Assembly: GCA_019058445.1 (NCBI GenBank)
Contig: JAHPZA010000004.1
Location: forward strand, 192,001-256,000
Source: Promethearchaeota archaeon
Lineage (GTDB): Archaea > Asgardarchaeota > Lokiarchaeia > Sigyniarchaeales > SOKP01
Length of the DNA stretch: 64,000 nucleotides
Reading direction: 5' to 3'
The stretch's first letter is position 1. Every line of letters begins with the position of its first letter. Shown one piece after another: positions 8,880-19,457 of the stretch. Under the pieces are notes generated by a model. The model did no database searches and was not told the origin of the DNA. It saw only the letters and a list, made by a program, of their open reading frames with translations. Made by a program: the position numbers and the translations under genes.

Positions 8880-11800
8880 TTAAAAACAGAGTTTTAATGC
8901 CCATAAAATCATATTGCATTCAATAAGAAACTCCTGTCTTAATTCCTCATCTTTTATCCAAGCCTTTATGAAAGGGCAAGAACACCAGTCAAAAAATTCA
9001 TCTCCATACTCGTTAGTAACATTTCCCGTTAACTCAATCTTAATACCGAGCATTACAATATATGCAATTTCATCTAAGTCATTCTGAGCCAGAAATTCAA
9101 CAATATCCAGTTCAAAAAGTATGAATAATTTTTTAAGACGCGCCCAACCCCTCCAATCCTTATAACTTGAGTCAACAACCATTCTTCGCATGATATCTAA
9201 TTCTCGATAAATTAAGTCTTTAACGTCTTCTTCAGCAAGTTCAATTGTCATTTTTGCATTATAATTTATTCCACTTACATTGAGCTTAACTATAAGTGTA
9301 TAATTATTTAATTTGAATACTGTAGGATTAATTGTTCCAAATTCATCATAGGTATAGAGAATGCTGCCATTAATTAGTTGAATGATAACAGAATAATCTG
9401 TACTAACTTCTAAATTAGCAGAAATCATAAAAGAAATATCCACCCCAAGATTTCGATTTAAGCTAAATCCTAAAAATTCAATAGTTATGTTAATTTCAGT
9501 AGTAGTTCCCTGCGCTACTTCAATCGCAAAAGTTTCAATTACACTTAAAGAATCAAAATTTCTGTCATCATCAGCATCAGTGGCCATAACTATTAGGCTG
9601 TAATTTCCAATCTCAGAAGGCATTAGAATAGAAGTATAATATATTCCATTAGCTTCAGTTAAGTTATAAATACTTTCGATAAATATAATTTGAACAGTCT
9701 CAATTCCAGAAAAGTCGCTAACATTTACTCCTACTAGAAAGAAACTGGCATTATTATACACAGGATCATCAACTAATATTTCTTTAATTATAGGCGCCTC
9801 ATTATCATCGTCTATTATCTTAAAAAGATATTCAAGGGTTAAATTTAAGGAATCTTTTTCACGATCATCATCTGCATCCTCAATGATCACCTTGAAAGTA
9901 TAATTTCCGAGTTCATTTGGATTTTTCATTGCAAAATAATATGTATTATTATCAATATATGGTCCGTACATTTCTCCTTGAAATTCTATTGTAATTTTCT
10001 TTATTCCAGAATAATCAGACGCATTGATTTCCACTGGAATAAACACATCATTATCATAGATATACTCTTCATAGAAAATTCCATCTATAACTGGAACATC
10101 AATGTCATCATCCGTAATATTTATCCAAACTACTATTGAAGAATTCAAAGAATCATTAGACCTATCAAAATCGGCATCAGTGGCATTAAAGATAAAAGCA
10201 TATGTTCCTAAGCTACTTGGAACGGAGTACGCCCCGCTCGGATCGATGGAAAGTCCTGAGGTATCCGAAGCGCTCACTATAATTTCTCCGGGATTTCCAT
10301 CCGTTCCATCTCCGGTATATATATAATTAATTTCCGGATGAATAATATCATCATCCGTTATATTTATTACAACTGAAATTGAAGAATTTAAAGCGTCGCC
10401 TGAGCGATCATTATCAGCATCGGTGGCATTAAATATAAAAACATATGTTCCTATATTACTCGGAACAGAGTACACCCCGCTTGGATCAATGAAAAGCCCT
10501 GAGACGTCCGAAGCGCTTACGATAATTTCTCCAGGATTCCCATCAGTTCCTTCTCCAGCATATGTATAACTTATTTCCGGAGGAGTTATATCATCATCAG
10601 TTATGTTTATTATAACAGTAATTGTAGAATTTAATGAGTCTCCAAGCCAATCATTATCAGCATCAGTGGCATTAAACATAAAAACATATGTTCCTATATT
10701 ATTCGGAACAGAGTACACCCCGCTCGGATCAATGGAAAGTCCTGAGATATCTGAAGCGGTCACGATAATTTCTCCAGGATTCCCATCAGTTCCTTCTCCA
10801 GCATATGTATAACTTATTTCCGGAGCTACTGTATCATCATCAGTTATTTCGAAACTAAAAAATACAGTAATATTTAGTTGGTCTCCAATATGATCAAAGT
10901 CTGCATCAATGGCAACAACAGTGATCTCGTAAATCCCAGGAACATTTGGGTTTAAGATTATTATACATTTATCATCATCATCGTCATAATACTTTTGATC
11001 TAGAAACTCAATATATAACTCAGCGATTCCAGAATCATCTTCGACTAAAATCTCAATGTTTATATTTTCAGAGCTATCGTAAATGGGAGCATTTAACACA
11101 TTAATACTTGAGATGATTGGTATGTTCATATCATCATCAATTATAGTTTGTTCATTTTGCAGTTCCGTAGATAAGGAATCAACTATTAGCGTTCGATCAT
11201 CATCATTATCTCTGGCAAAAATGGTCATAGTATATTTTCCAGGATAGGGTGGAAGATTCCAAGTACCATTCTCACTTGGAGGTAAAATATATTCTTTATT
11301 GGGTAAATCTTCATAAGATTCAAAATATACTTTAATGATGATTTCACTCAACCCTGTATCATTATCTCCTCCAATCCCATCGTCAAAATCAGTGATTTGC
11401 CACGAAAAATATCCTGGATTGCTGTCGGTTCCATCTTCACCTGTGTAATTTATTTGAATTATTGGTGGATTAGTGTCATCGTCGACTAAATTTATTTCTC
11501 TAATCAATTCTGTGCATAAAGAATCAACTATTAACGTTCGATCATCGTCATTATCTCTGGCAAAAATGGTTATAGTATATTTTCCAGGATAAGGTGGGAA
11601 ATCCCATGTACCATTCATATTTGAAGGTAAAATATATTCATTATCAGGTAAATCCTCATTAGATTCAAAATATACTTTAATGATGATTTCACTAAACCCC
11701 GTATCATTATCTCCTCCAATTCCATCGTCAAAATCCGTGATTTGCCAGGAAAAACATCCTGGATTTCCATCAGTTCCATCTCCCACATTATTTTTGATAA

Positions 11801-14800
11801 AGTTAGTTGGAGGTGTCGTATCATCATCAGTTATATTAATCCATATTGTTGTAGTGTAGTTTAAAGAATCATCAGGTCTGTCTTGATCGGCGTCAATAGC
11901 AGTAAAAGTAAAATTATGAAGCCCTAAATCGTTTGGGACATTATAAACTCCACTTGGATCTACTAAAAGTCCTGAGGCATCGCTGGCCAGAACTATGATT
12001 TCTCCGGGATTTCCGTCTGTCCCGTCTCCATTCTTATAATTGATTTCAATAATTGGAAGGCTAATATCATCATCCGTTATATTTATTACAATGGAAATTG
12101 AAGAGTTTAAGGAGTCGCCTGACCGATCACTATCAGCATCAGTGGCATTAAAGATAAAAACATACGTTCCTAAACTATTCGGGACGGTATAATTTCCGCT
12201 TGGATCCTCAAATAATCCTGAGATATCTGAGGCAGAAACTATTAGCTCTCCGGGATTCCCATCGGTTCCATCTCCGGTATATATATAACTTATCTCCGGA
12301 GGAGTAATATCATCGTCGGTTATGTTTATTACAACGGTAATTGTAAAATTTAAAGAATCGCCTGACCGATCATTATCAGCGTCACTGGCATTAAGGATAA
12401 AAATATATGTTCCTAAATTATTCGGGACGGTATAATTTCCGCTTGGATCCTCAAATAATCCTGAAGCATCCGAGGCGCTCACGATAATTTCTCCGGGATT
12501 CCCATCGGTTCCATCTCCGGTATATACATAGTTAATTTCCGGAGGTGTAATATCATCGTCGGTTATGTTTATTACAATGGAAATTGAAGAGTTTAAGGAG
12601 TCACCTGACCGATCATTATCAGCATCAGTGGCATTAAAGATAAAAACATACGTTCCTAAGCTATTTGGAACGGAGTACGCCCCGCTCGGATCAAAAGTAA
12701 ATCCTGAGATATCCGAAGCGGTTACGATAATTTCTCCAGGATTCCCATCGGTTCCATCTCCAGTATATATATAACTTATTTCCGGAGGAGTTATATCATC
12801 ATCCGTTACATTTATTACAACGGTAATTGAAGAATTTAAAGAGTCGCCTGACCGATCATCATCAGCATCAGTGGCATTAAAGATAAAAACATATGTTCCT
12901 AAACTATTCGGAATGGTATAAGTTCCGCTTGGATCCTCAAGTAATCCTGAGATATCCGAGGCGCTCACGATAATTTCTCCGGGATTCCCATCAGTTCCAT
13001 CTCCGGTATATACATAACTGATTTTCGGAGGTTTAATATCATCATCGGTTATGTTTATTACAACGGTAATCGTAGAATTTAAAGAGTCATCTGACCGATC
13101 ATTATCAGCATCACTGGCGTTAAAGATAAAAACATATGTTCCTAAACTATTCGGAATGGTATAAGCTCCGCTTGGATCCTCAAGTAACCCAGAAATATCC
13201 GAAGCAGTTATGATAATATTTCCAGAATTCCCATCAGTTCCATCTCCGGTATATACATAATTAATTTCTGGAGGAGTAATATCATCATCCGTTATGTTTA
13301 TTACAACGGTAATCGTAGAATTTAAAGCGTCTCCAGGCCGATCATTATCAGCATCAGTGGCGTTAAAAATAAAAATGTGTGTTCCTAAACTACTCGGGAC
13401 GGAGTAAGGTCCGCTCGGATCGATAGAAAGCCCTGAGAAGTCTGAAGCGCTCACGATAATTTCTCCAGGATTCCCATCTATCCCATCTCCCGTATATATA
13501 TAGTTGATTTCAGGTGGAATAATATCATCATCAACTAAATCTTGTTCTCTTTCAACTTCCGCTGAGAGAGAATCAATGATTAATGTTCTATCATCATCAT
13601 TATCTTTTGTGATAATATTTAGGGTATATTTACCAAGATAAGCGGGTAAATACCACGTTCCATTTTCAATTGGACTTAAATTAAATTCTTCACCTGGTAT
13701 TCCGTCATTTGAAGAATTAAAAGAAACAGTTATGTTTATAATACTGAGGCCTGAATCATAATCACCTCCAACTCCATCGTCAGAATCGATAATTTGCCAA
13801 GAAAAACAACCTGGATTTCCATCAGTTCCATCTCCATTGTTGTAATAAGTGTGAATTGTAGGTTGGGTTGTATCATCATCAGTTATATTAATCCTTACTA
13901 TTAGAGTCGAATTCAAAGAATCATCCGGTCTGTCATCATCTGCGTCAATAGCGATAAAGGTAAAATTATGAAGTCCAATATTATTTGGCACTGTATATAT
14001 TCCACTTGGGTCAAGAATAAGTCCAGAAGAATCTAAAGCAGAAACTAAAAGTTCTCCTGAGTTACCATCAGTATAATCTCCAGTATAAACATAACTTATA
14101 TCTGGTGGAGTATGATCATCATCCAAAATGTCAAAATTTTCAATTTTTGACGCAACGTCATATATAATGTTGTTAAGATAAAAAACCACTTCAGCCTTAA
14201 TTTCCAAATTATTTTCTGCCACATATGTTTCAAGATTTATTGGACCACTCCAATAAAAGGCATAATTATTATCCCATGGATTTAAATCCTCCAATTCGGG
14301 TTCAAATAATTTGCTATATACTTCTACATAATGATCTTCTGTGTCACTATACCATTTTCCACTAGAATTTTCTGACTTTAAATATAATTTCAAACGTTCA
14401 GCGACATACGTCATAGATGGAGTTGATTTAACGGCAATTTCAATATTTAGTGTCAGATTAACCTCATCTTTTCTTAAAAAGGAGATGGTTTTAACATTCA
14501 CAGTATCGTGAATCAATTGAGCTTTTAAACTATTAGTATCTTCTTCGTTTAAAGATCCATTGTATATTCCCCATACAAGGATCGTAAAAATGTGAATATT
14601 ATTTTCGAATAAAGTATCATTCTTAATCTCATCTGCTAATTCTATCTCAGTTACCCCATAAGTTTCTAATATTATATAATGTCGCCATTCTTCATAACCC
14701 CAATCAGAAGCATTTTGTTCATAAACACCTAGCCAAAAGTTTTGATATGGGGTGTAATTATATACTTCACCACTAGTATTGGGATTGTTTGCATTATTAT

Positions 14801-14921
14801 TAGGAGAATTATTTTCTTCGTTATTTCCATCATCACCTGTTACAAATTGTGTTGCAATGCAACCCAAAAAAAGGATGAGAAAGAACGAAAAGACAATATA
14901 TTTAAGATTTTTAGAGTTCAT
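8880..14921 (-). CDS. Giant secreted surface protein (2013 aa) with about 17 acidic Ig/cadherin-like repeats
   Basis: Signal peptide; repeats 'DDDxxPP...SD.SG...DADNDR..D.LN...INIT'; many N-x-S/T sequons. Confidence 0.85.
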   Translation of the reverse strand: MNSKNLKYIVFSFFLILFLGCIATQFVTGDDGNNEENNSPNNNANNPNTSGEVYNYTPYQNFWLGVYEQNASDWGYEEWRHYIILETYGVTEIELADEIKNDTLFENNIHIFTILVWGIYNGSLNEEDTNSLKAQLIHDTVNVKTISFLRKDEVNLTLNIEIAVKSTPSMTYVAERLKLYLKSENSSGKWYSDTEDHYVEVYSKLFEPELEDLNPWDNNYAFYWSGPINLETYVAENNLEIKAEVVFYLNNIIYDVASKIENFDILDDDHTPPDISYVYTGDYTDGNSGELLVSALDSSGLILDPSGIYTVPNNIGLHNFTFIAIDADDDRPDDSLNSTLIVRINITDDDTTQPTIHTYYNNGDGTDGNPGCFSWQIIDSDDGVGGDYDSGLSIINITVSFNSSNDGIPGEEFNLSPIENGTWYLPAYLGKYTLNIITKDNDDDRTLIIDSLSAEVEREQDLVDDDIIPPEINYIYTGDGIDGNPGEIIVSASDFSGLSIDPSGPYSVPSSLGTHIFIFNATDADNDRPGDALNSTITVVINITDDDITPPEINYVYTGDGTDGNSGNIIITASDISGLLEDPSGAYTIPNSLGTYVFIFNASDADNDRSDDSLNSTITVVINITDDDIKPPKISYVYTGDGTDGNPGEIIVSASDISGLLEDPSGTYTIPNSLGTYVFIFNATDADDDRSGDSLNSSITVVINVTDDDITPPEISYIYTGDGTDGNPGEIIVTASDISGFTFDPSGAYSVPNSLGTYVFIFNATDADNDRSGDSLNSSISIVINITDDDITPPEINYVYTGDGTDGNPGEIIVSASDASGLFEDPSGNYTVPNNLGTYIFILNASDADNDRSGDSLNFTITVVINITDDDITPPEISYIYTGDGTDGNPGELIVSASDISGLFEDPSGNYTVPNSLGTYVFIFNATDADSDRSGDSLNSSISIVINITDDDISLPIIEINYKNGDGTDGNPGEIIVLASDASGLLVDPSGVYNVPNDLGLHNFTFTAIDADQDRPDDSLNYTTTIWINITDDDTTPPTNFIKNNVGDGTDGNPGCFSWQITDFDDGIGGDNDTGFSEIIIKVYFESNEDLPDNEYILPSNMNGTWDFPPYPGKYTITIFARDNDDDRTLIVDSLCTELIREINLVDDDTNPPIIQINYTGEDGTDSNPGYFSWQITDFDDGIGGDNDTGLSEIIIKVYFESYEDLPNKEYILPPSENGTWNLPPYPGKYTMTIFARDNDDDRTLIVDSLSTELQNEQTIIDDDMNIPIISSINVLNAPIYDSSENINIEILVEDDSGIAELYIEFLDQKYYDDDDDKCIIILNPNVPGIYEITVVAIDADFDHIGDQLNITVFFSFEITDDDTVAPEISYTYAGEGTDGNPGEIIVTASDISGLSIDPSGVYSVPNNIGTYVFMFNATDADNDWLGDSLNSTITVIINITDDDITPPEISYTYAGEGTDGNPGEIIVSASDVSGLFIDPSGVYSVPSNIGTYVFIFNATDADNDRSGDALNSSISVVINITDDDIIHPEINYIYTGDGTDGNPGEIIVSASDTSGLSIDPSGAYSVPSSLGTYAFIFNATDADFDRSNDSLNSSIVVWINITDDDIDVPVIDGIFYEEYIYDNDVFIPVEINASDYSGIKKITIEFQGEMYGPYIDNNTYYFAMKNPNELGNYTFKVIIEDADDDREKDSLNLTLEYLFKIIDDDNEAPIIKEILVDDPVYNNASFFLVGVNVSDFSGIETVQIIFIESIYNLTEANGIYYTSILMPSEIGNYSLIVMATDADDDRNFDSLSVIETFAIEVAQGTTTEINITIEFLGFSLNRNLGVDISFMISANLEVSTDYSVIIQLINGSILYTYDEFGTINPTVFKLNNYTLIVKLNVSGINYNAKMTIELAEEDVKDLIYRELDIMRRMVVDSSYKDWRGWARLKKLFILFELDIVEFLAQNDLDEIAYIVMLGIKIELTGNVTNEYGDEFFDWCSCPFIKAWIKDEELRQEFLIECNMILWALKLCF
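12075..13532 (-). repeat. Six highly similar tandem 243-bp (81-aa) coding repeats; part of a repeat array spanning about 9510-14123
   Basis: DDD codons at 13524-13532 and 12066-12074 are 6x243 nt apart; the motif gttatgtttattacaacggt recurs at 13048 and 13291. Confidence 0.95.
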
Positions 14922-15045
14922 TAAACCCTCTTAAGATACTAATTTATATTCAGTATACCTTGTAAAAATATGATTGTTTTATATTTAAATTTTGAGGAAA
15001 TTATAGTTTTCAAAATTATCATGAGAATAAAAAGAAATTGACCTA

Positions 15046-15771
15046 CTATCTCTCGAGGGAATTATTATTATCTTTTAAGTCTCTTTTTCTCGATTTAAAA
15101 TACCTATTGTATATTTTATAGTAGTATTGTTCATTTAAGAAATATAAATTCTTATTTTTTGAGACTTTTTTGTACAAAAGACCAAAATCATGCAGCAAAT
15201 CCATATATTTCTTAATTGTATTTGAATGCATTCCCAATACAGTGTTAACCTGGTTTTTTGTACTCCCTTCATTGTTATTTTTAAAATATTCTATAATTTT
15301 ATTACATTTATCTCTTGAAATGATATGAACGAGAAATACATCTTTATCCTTGATGCCTTCCTCGAAATAAGCCTCAAAATTATCAAACTTTTCCTTTCTA
15401 ATAAAATTAAATTTTATTAAGATATTTATATGCCATTCAACTACAGGTATACTTAGTTGTAATTCATTGACAATTTTATTAAAATAAATTCCAGGATCTC
15501 TCTTAATAAGCTCATAAATCTCCTTTCTATTCGAATTATTCAAAACTTCCTCTCGAATTAATTTTGACCTCTCTACGATTAAGTTTTTTTTCACTAAAGA
15601 TTTAAGGATAGCTTTTATACCATCATCATTAATATTAATATTAGATTTAGCAAATCTGGAGCTAATAAAAGGTACAATTTTTTCTGAATTAAAATATCTA
15701 TTCTTATCTAAATACTCTTGGATTACGTTAATGACTAATTTTTCATTTTCTAAATTGATTTCAGCCAACAT
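15046..15771 (-). CDS. Tandem winged-helix transcriptional regulator (ArsR/HVO_0163-like)
   Basis: 'NSNRKEIYELIKRDPGIYFNKIVNELQLS..VVEWHINILIKFNFI' plus a second wHTH 'TKNQVNTVLGMHSNTIKKYMDLL'. Confidence 0.85.
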   Translation of the reverse strand: MLAEINLENEKLVINVIQEYLDKNRYFNSEKIVPFISSRFAKSNININDDGIKAILKSLVKKNLIVERSKLIREEVLNNSNRKEIYELIKRDPGIYFNKIVNELQLSIPVVEWHINILIKFNFIRKEKFDNFEAYFEEGIKDKDVFLVHIISRDKCNKIIEYFKNNNEGSTKNQVNTVLGMHSNTIKKYMDLLHDFGLLYKKVSKNKNLYFLNEQYYYKIYNRYFKSRKRDLKDNNNSLER

Positions 15772-15798
15772 TGAATAATCTCTATTTAGATAATTATT

Positions 15799-18138
15799 CT
15801 ATTTTTTATCAGAATTCAGTTTTGTTAAAATATTATCAACTATCTCATTTCTCTCTTTCTGAGATAATGCTAGCATTTCTTTAAGGAATTCCATTTTGTT
15901 TTTTTCATCAAAACCTATTTGATCAACCTTATTTAGAAATTTCTCGGATACCATAGTCAATTCAATTTGTTCTAGATTGAAACGTTCATACTTAGGGTAT
16001 AATTCATCAAATATTTGAAGTAAAAGATATTTATTGCTTAATTCTTCTAATATTTCTTTTGATGATTTAATATAAAATAGCTCTTTACGTGCCTTTTTCT
16101 TACCGAGAATTGAGGGCAATTTTGCTTTTTTATTTCTTTGTTCATAATAGTATATTGAAGTTGCTGCGATCGCTGCAGCGGAACCAATTAAAATCGCGAA
16201 AAATATAAAACTTAAGAGATTATCTTCCTCATTCTCATCGTCATCACCACCCTCATCAATAATATAGTCAAATTCATCTAAACGCAAGGTATAAACTATT
16301 TTACTGTTATAATAAAGTGAATATGTCTTTAATACTCCATCATCCGTGTAAATATATTCATATCCCCAAAAAGCACCCTGTTTATAAGAATTATATGCAA
16401 ATCCATTATTAAACCAATCAAACGATAAATTTTGAGTAAAAATAGTCTTTTTAAAATTCAACGCAACATTAGTCCAATTTGTATTTATAGCTATTAAATG
16501 AAATCCACCTCCACGAAGCGTATTGGTAATGTCATATTCTCTATAAACATAAAAAACTTCGTGATAAGAATTGTTCCATAATCCTGATGAATGTTGTTCT
16601 GTAATATTAATAATTACAAGAGTGTAATTGAGAATTGGATCTTCACCACCTAAATACTCAATCTTAATCCTTTTTTTAATAGGAACATTTTCAGGATCAC
16701 TAAAATAATAAGGGGGAGCATTTTCTACACTTATATAATAGCCATATTCATAGGTTTCGTTTACATTAACTCCAATGTACGGTGGCTCTACTCCTTCATA
16801 AAAATTATGCATTTTGAAAATTATATATTCCTCATAAGTGGTTTCATTACGATAATTTACTTCAAACCACTCTAAAATACCATGCTTATTATAATGTGAG
16901 AGTCCTTTGTATGTAATATCATGGCCATTTATATCCCTCAAATTCTCAAACCCAATTTCAATAAAATCTCCATTACCAGTACTAGTGCCAACATCATAGA
17001 ATATTGAAAGTGATGCTCTATTGATATAATTGATTATTGGTTTAGGAATAAAGAATGGAAAAATATTTGTAAGATTATGGGGTTCTGTATAATTTAATGG
17101 TTCCTTACGATGAATTATCGAATCATTCATATTTGGTAAAGAAGTAAAGGTATAATCTCGAGAAATCCAATCCCATACCGTGTAATTAATCTCCCAATGG
17201 GTGGAATTATCAAAGATGGAAGTTACATTAATTTTCATTTTACTAAATTTATATGGATCTTCATTTAATCCAAAAGAGTTTTCCCAATTACTTCCTAGGA
17301 TTAAATCCATCATTTCATTATTTATTTCAGTCACGAGCCAAAAAAACTCATCATTTTCATCAGCTTCTAAAGAGTAGGTTATTGGAATTATTTTATCGAA
17401 AGTAAAAGAGATAGCAGAATCATAAATAGGTAAATTCTCATTGGAAAATTCATCAAACTTATTATAATTTAAATAATCACCATGGTCTAAACCAATGAGA
17501 TAAAATTGTAAGAACTCTAAATTCTGATATTGAAAAATTATTGTGCCATTTTCATAAAAAATAACTTCAAAAGTTCCAATTAAATTGCCATTTTTATGAT
17601 GTACATTATGATATTCTATGATTAAATATCTATTTGGAGAATCACCTGAGAAATTGTAATAAATATCTCCTCCGCCTCCATTACTATCGTTACAGTTAAT
17701 ATCTTCATGTAATAATGCCACAATATCTTCATTTTCTACATAATAACTAGGAATATCTTCAATTTCTAAATATTCAATAGATTCTTGGGTAAAGCTTATA
17801 ACACCATCGGTATTTACATAGATTTTGTCATATTCAGTTCCGTAATAAGTAAAATTCCAAGTTGTAAAATTAATCGTTTGATAACCTTTATCCGCTTCAG
17901 ATAGATAAGTCAAGTTAGTTCCTGTTCCTGTTATATCTACCCATGAATAAGCGGCATTAGTATCAATGATATAACCTCCTCCATTTATAGAAGATGTTTT
18001 TAAATCCTCGGAGATGTCATTATTTTTATTCTCTATTGAAAAATCATTCTCATTCATATAATGTGGATTGATAAACACAAAAAACAAGTAAAAAAATATA
18101 ATTATGAACAAGAAAGCTTTATTTTTAATAGATATCAC
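15799..18138 (-). CDS. Single-pass cell-surface glycoprotein/receptor with a ~110-aa cytoplasmic tail
   Basis: Signal peptide; nidogen-like 'YSWVDITGTGT..FTYYG..Y..IYV.T.G.ISF..FEVIFYENG.I.FQY' domain; TM near aa 645-665; basic then helical tail. Confidence 0.8.
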   Translation of the reverse strand: MISIKNKAFLFIIIFFYLFFVFINPHYMNENDFSIENKNNDISEDLKTSSINGGGYIIDTNAAYSWVDITGTGTNLTYLSEADKGYQTINFTTWNFTYYGTEYDKIYVNTDGVISFTQESIEYLEIEDIPSYYVENEDIVALLHEDINCNDSNGGGGDIYYNFSGDSPNRYLIIEYHNVHHKNGNLIGTFEVIFYENGTIIFQYQNLEFLQFYLIGLDHGDYLNYNKFDEFSNENLPIYDSAISFTFDKIIPITYSLEADENDEFFWLVTEINNEMMDLILGSNWENSFGLNEDPYKFSKMKINVTSIFDNSTHWEINYTVWDWISRDYTFTSLPNMNDSIIHRKEPLNYTEPHNLTNIFPFFIPKPIINYINRASLSIFYDVGTSTGNGDFIEIGFENLRDINGHDITYKGLSHYNKHGILEWFEVNYRNETTYEEYIIFKMHNFYEGVEPPYIGVNVNETYEYGYYISVENAPPYYFSDPENVPIKKRIKIEYLGGEDPILNYTLVIINITEQHSSGLWNNSYHEVFYVYREYDITNTLRGGGFHLIAINTNWTNVALNFKKTIFTQNLSFDWFNNGFAYNSYKQGAFWGYEYIYTDDGVLKTYSLYYNSKIVYTLRLDEFDYIIDEGGDDDENEEDNLLSFIFFAILIGSAAAIAATSIYYYEQRNKKAKLPSILGKKKARKELFYIKSSKEILEELSNKYLLLQIFDELYPKYERFNLEQIELTMVSEKFLNKVDQIGFDEKNKMEFLKEMLALSQKERNEIVDNILTKLNSDKK

Positions 18139-18216
18139 ATAAAATTGTGTTTTTAGATTTCTTTATTTATTTCTGTTCTTATTAATGAATAATATTCAAA
18201 TTTTTTTCTTAAAATT

Positions 18217-18366
18217 TTAGGTTGGATTAATGATATTTAAATCTTGAAGAGAGGAAATAGATTCTTCATGCAATTTCTTTACTTCAGGAAATCTTATAAA
18301 GGCTTGTCTAATTGCTCTATTAAACTCCAATAACTCATCATAATCAGTTGAAATAAGTTCATTCAT
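18217..18366 (-). CDS. Putative 49-aa small protein (not in the ORF track)
   Basis: MNELISTDYDELLEFNRAIRQAFIRFPEVKKLHEESISSLQDLNIINPT, co-oriented upstream of the receptor gene. Confidence 0.4.
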   Translation of the reverse strand: MNELISTDYDELLEFNRAIRQAFIRFPEVKKLHEESISSLQDLNIINPT

Positions 18367-18723
18367 TTTCTCTCTATTTATAACTTTTCTTTATAGCTTA
18401 TTTAAATCCATCTATAAAATATTTGAATGATTCTCTCTTCATAAATGAATTTCAATCAATATTTTTAATGAAATTCATAAGTTAGTGGAAAATTGCTTCT
18501 TTTATTATTTACTTATGGTTTAAAATTAGATTATCTTATTTTTATGCGTTATATGAAACCAGTTTAAATACTTGATAAAATCCATAATCGAAATATAATG
18601 CTTACGAAAAAAATTTCTTTAAATAAGGAAATCTTGGATAGATTTTAGAAGTAATAAAAAGAAAATTTTTAATTTTTATTGAAATTATTTATTTAAATTA
18701 AGTAAATTAGCATGTGATTTTAT

Positions 18724-19440
18724 TTGGATATGGAAAACAAAATTGAACAGTATCTAAAAATGAGGAGGCGTATGAAGCCTTCTTTAGATCCGCGAACGTG
18801 TGCGCATCTCGTGATTGATATGCAAGAATATCAAGTGAGGGAGAATGGGTCTATAGCTCGTTTACTTGAAAATGCTGTGCCTGGAATGCTGCAATACTTT
18901 TTGAAACGCGTTAAAGATATCGTTATACCAAATATTATTTTATTGCTCAATTTTTTTAGAGCTTATGAATTACCTATATATTTTGCGAAACTTGCCTCTA
19001 TGAGGTCTGACCGCAAGGATTACTCGAAAAATTACAAAGATTTTAATAAATTAGCAGTAAATTTAATCGGAGAGCCTATTTTTCCTGAAAAACAGAATCC
19101 AAGTGCCTCTATTATTCCAGAATTAGCACCAAAGGATAATGATGTCGTGTTCATCAAAACAACAAGCGGATCATTCGCCTCAACAGATCTTGACCATCAA
19201 TTAAGAAATTTAGGTGTAAAGACGGTTATTATTGTTGGTGTTGTAACAAATTTTTGCGTAGAGACTACCGCACGAGACGCTTCAGATCGGGGATTTCAAG
19301 TATTTGTAGTGGAAGACGCATGTGCAGCATGGACGCCATCCCTCCATGAAGCTTCTCTAAAAGTCTTAGAATTAAGATATGCGAAAATTTTCAACACCGG
19401 TAAGATTTTGAAGCAATTAAAAAGAAATATACTAAAATAA
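18724..19440 (+). CDS. Isochorismatase-family cysteine hydrolase
   Basis: VIDMQ; K...SF..TDL; GVVTNFCVETTARDASDRG; DAC. Confidence 0.92.
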   Translation: MDMENKIEQYLKMRRRMKPSLDPRTCAHLVIDMQEYQVRENGSIARLLENAVPGMLQYFLKRVKDIVIPNIILLLNFFRAYELPIYFAKLASMRSDRKDYSKNYKDFNKLAVNLIGEPIFPEKQNPSASIIPELAPKDNDVVFIKTTSGSFASTDLDHQLRNLGVKTVIIVGVVTNFCVETTARDASDRGFQVFVVEDACAAWTPSLHEASLKVLELRYAKIFNTGKILKQLKRNILK

Positions 19441-19457
19441 TCTTAAGATTTGATAAA

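Noticed and set aside
9510-14123. CRISPR-like or mobile repeat array
   Set aside because: The repeats are in-frame 243-bp coding units of one ORF, with no unique spacers.
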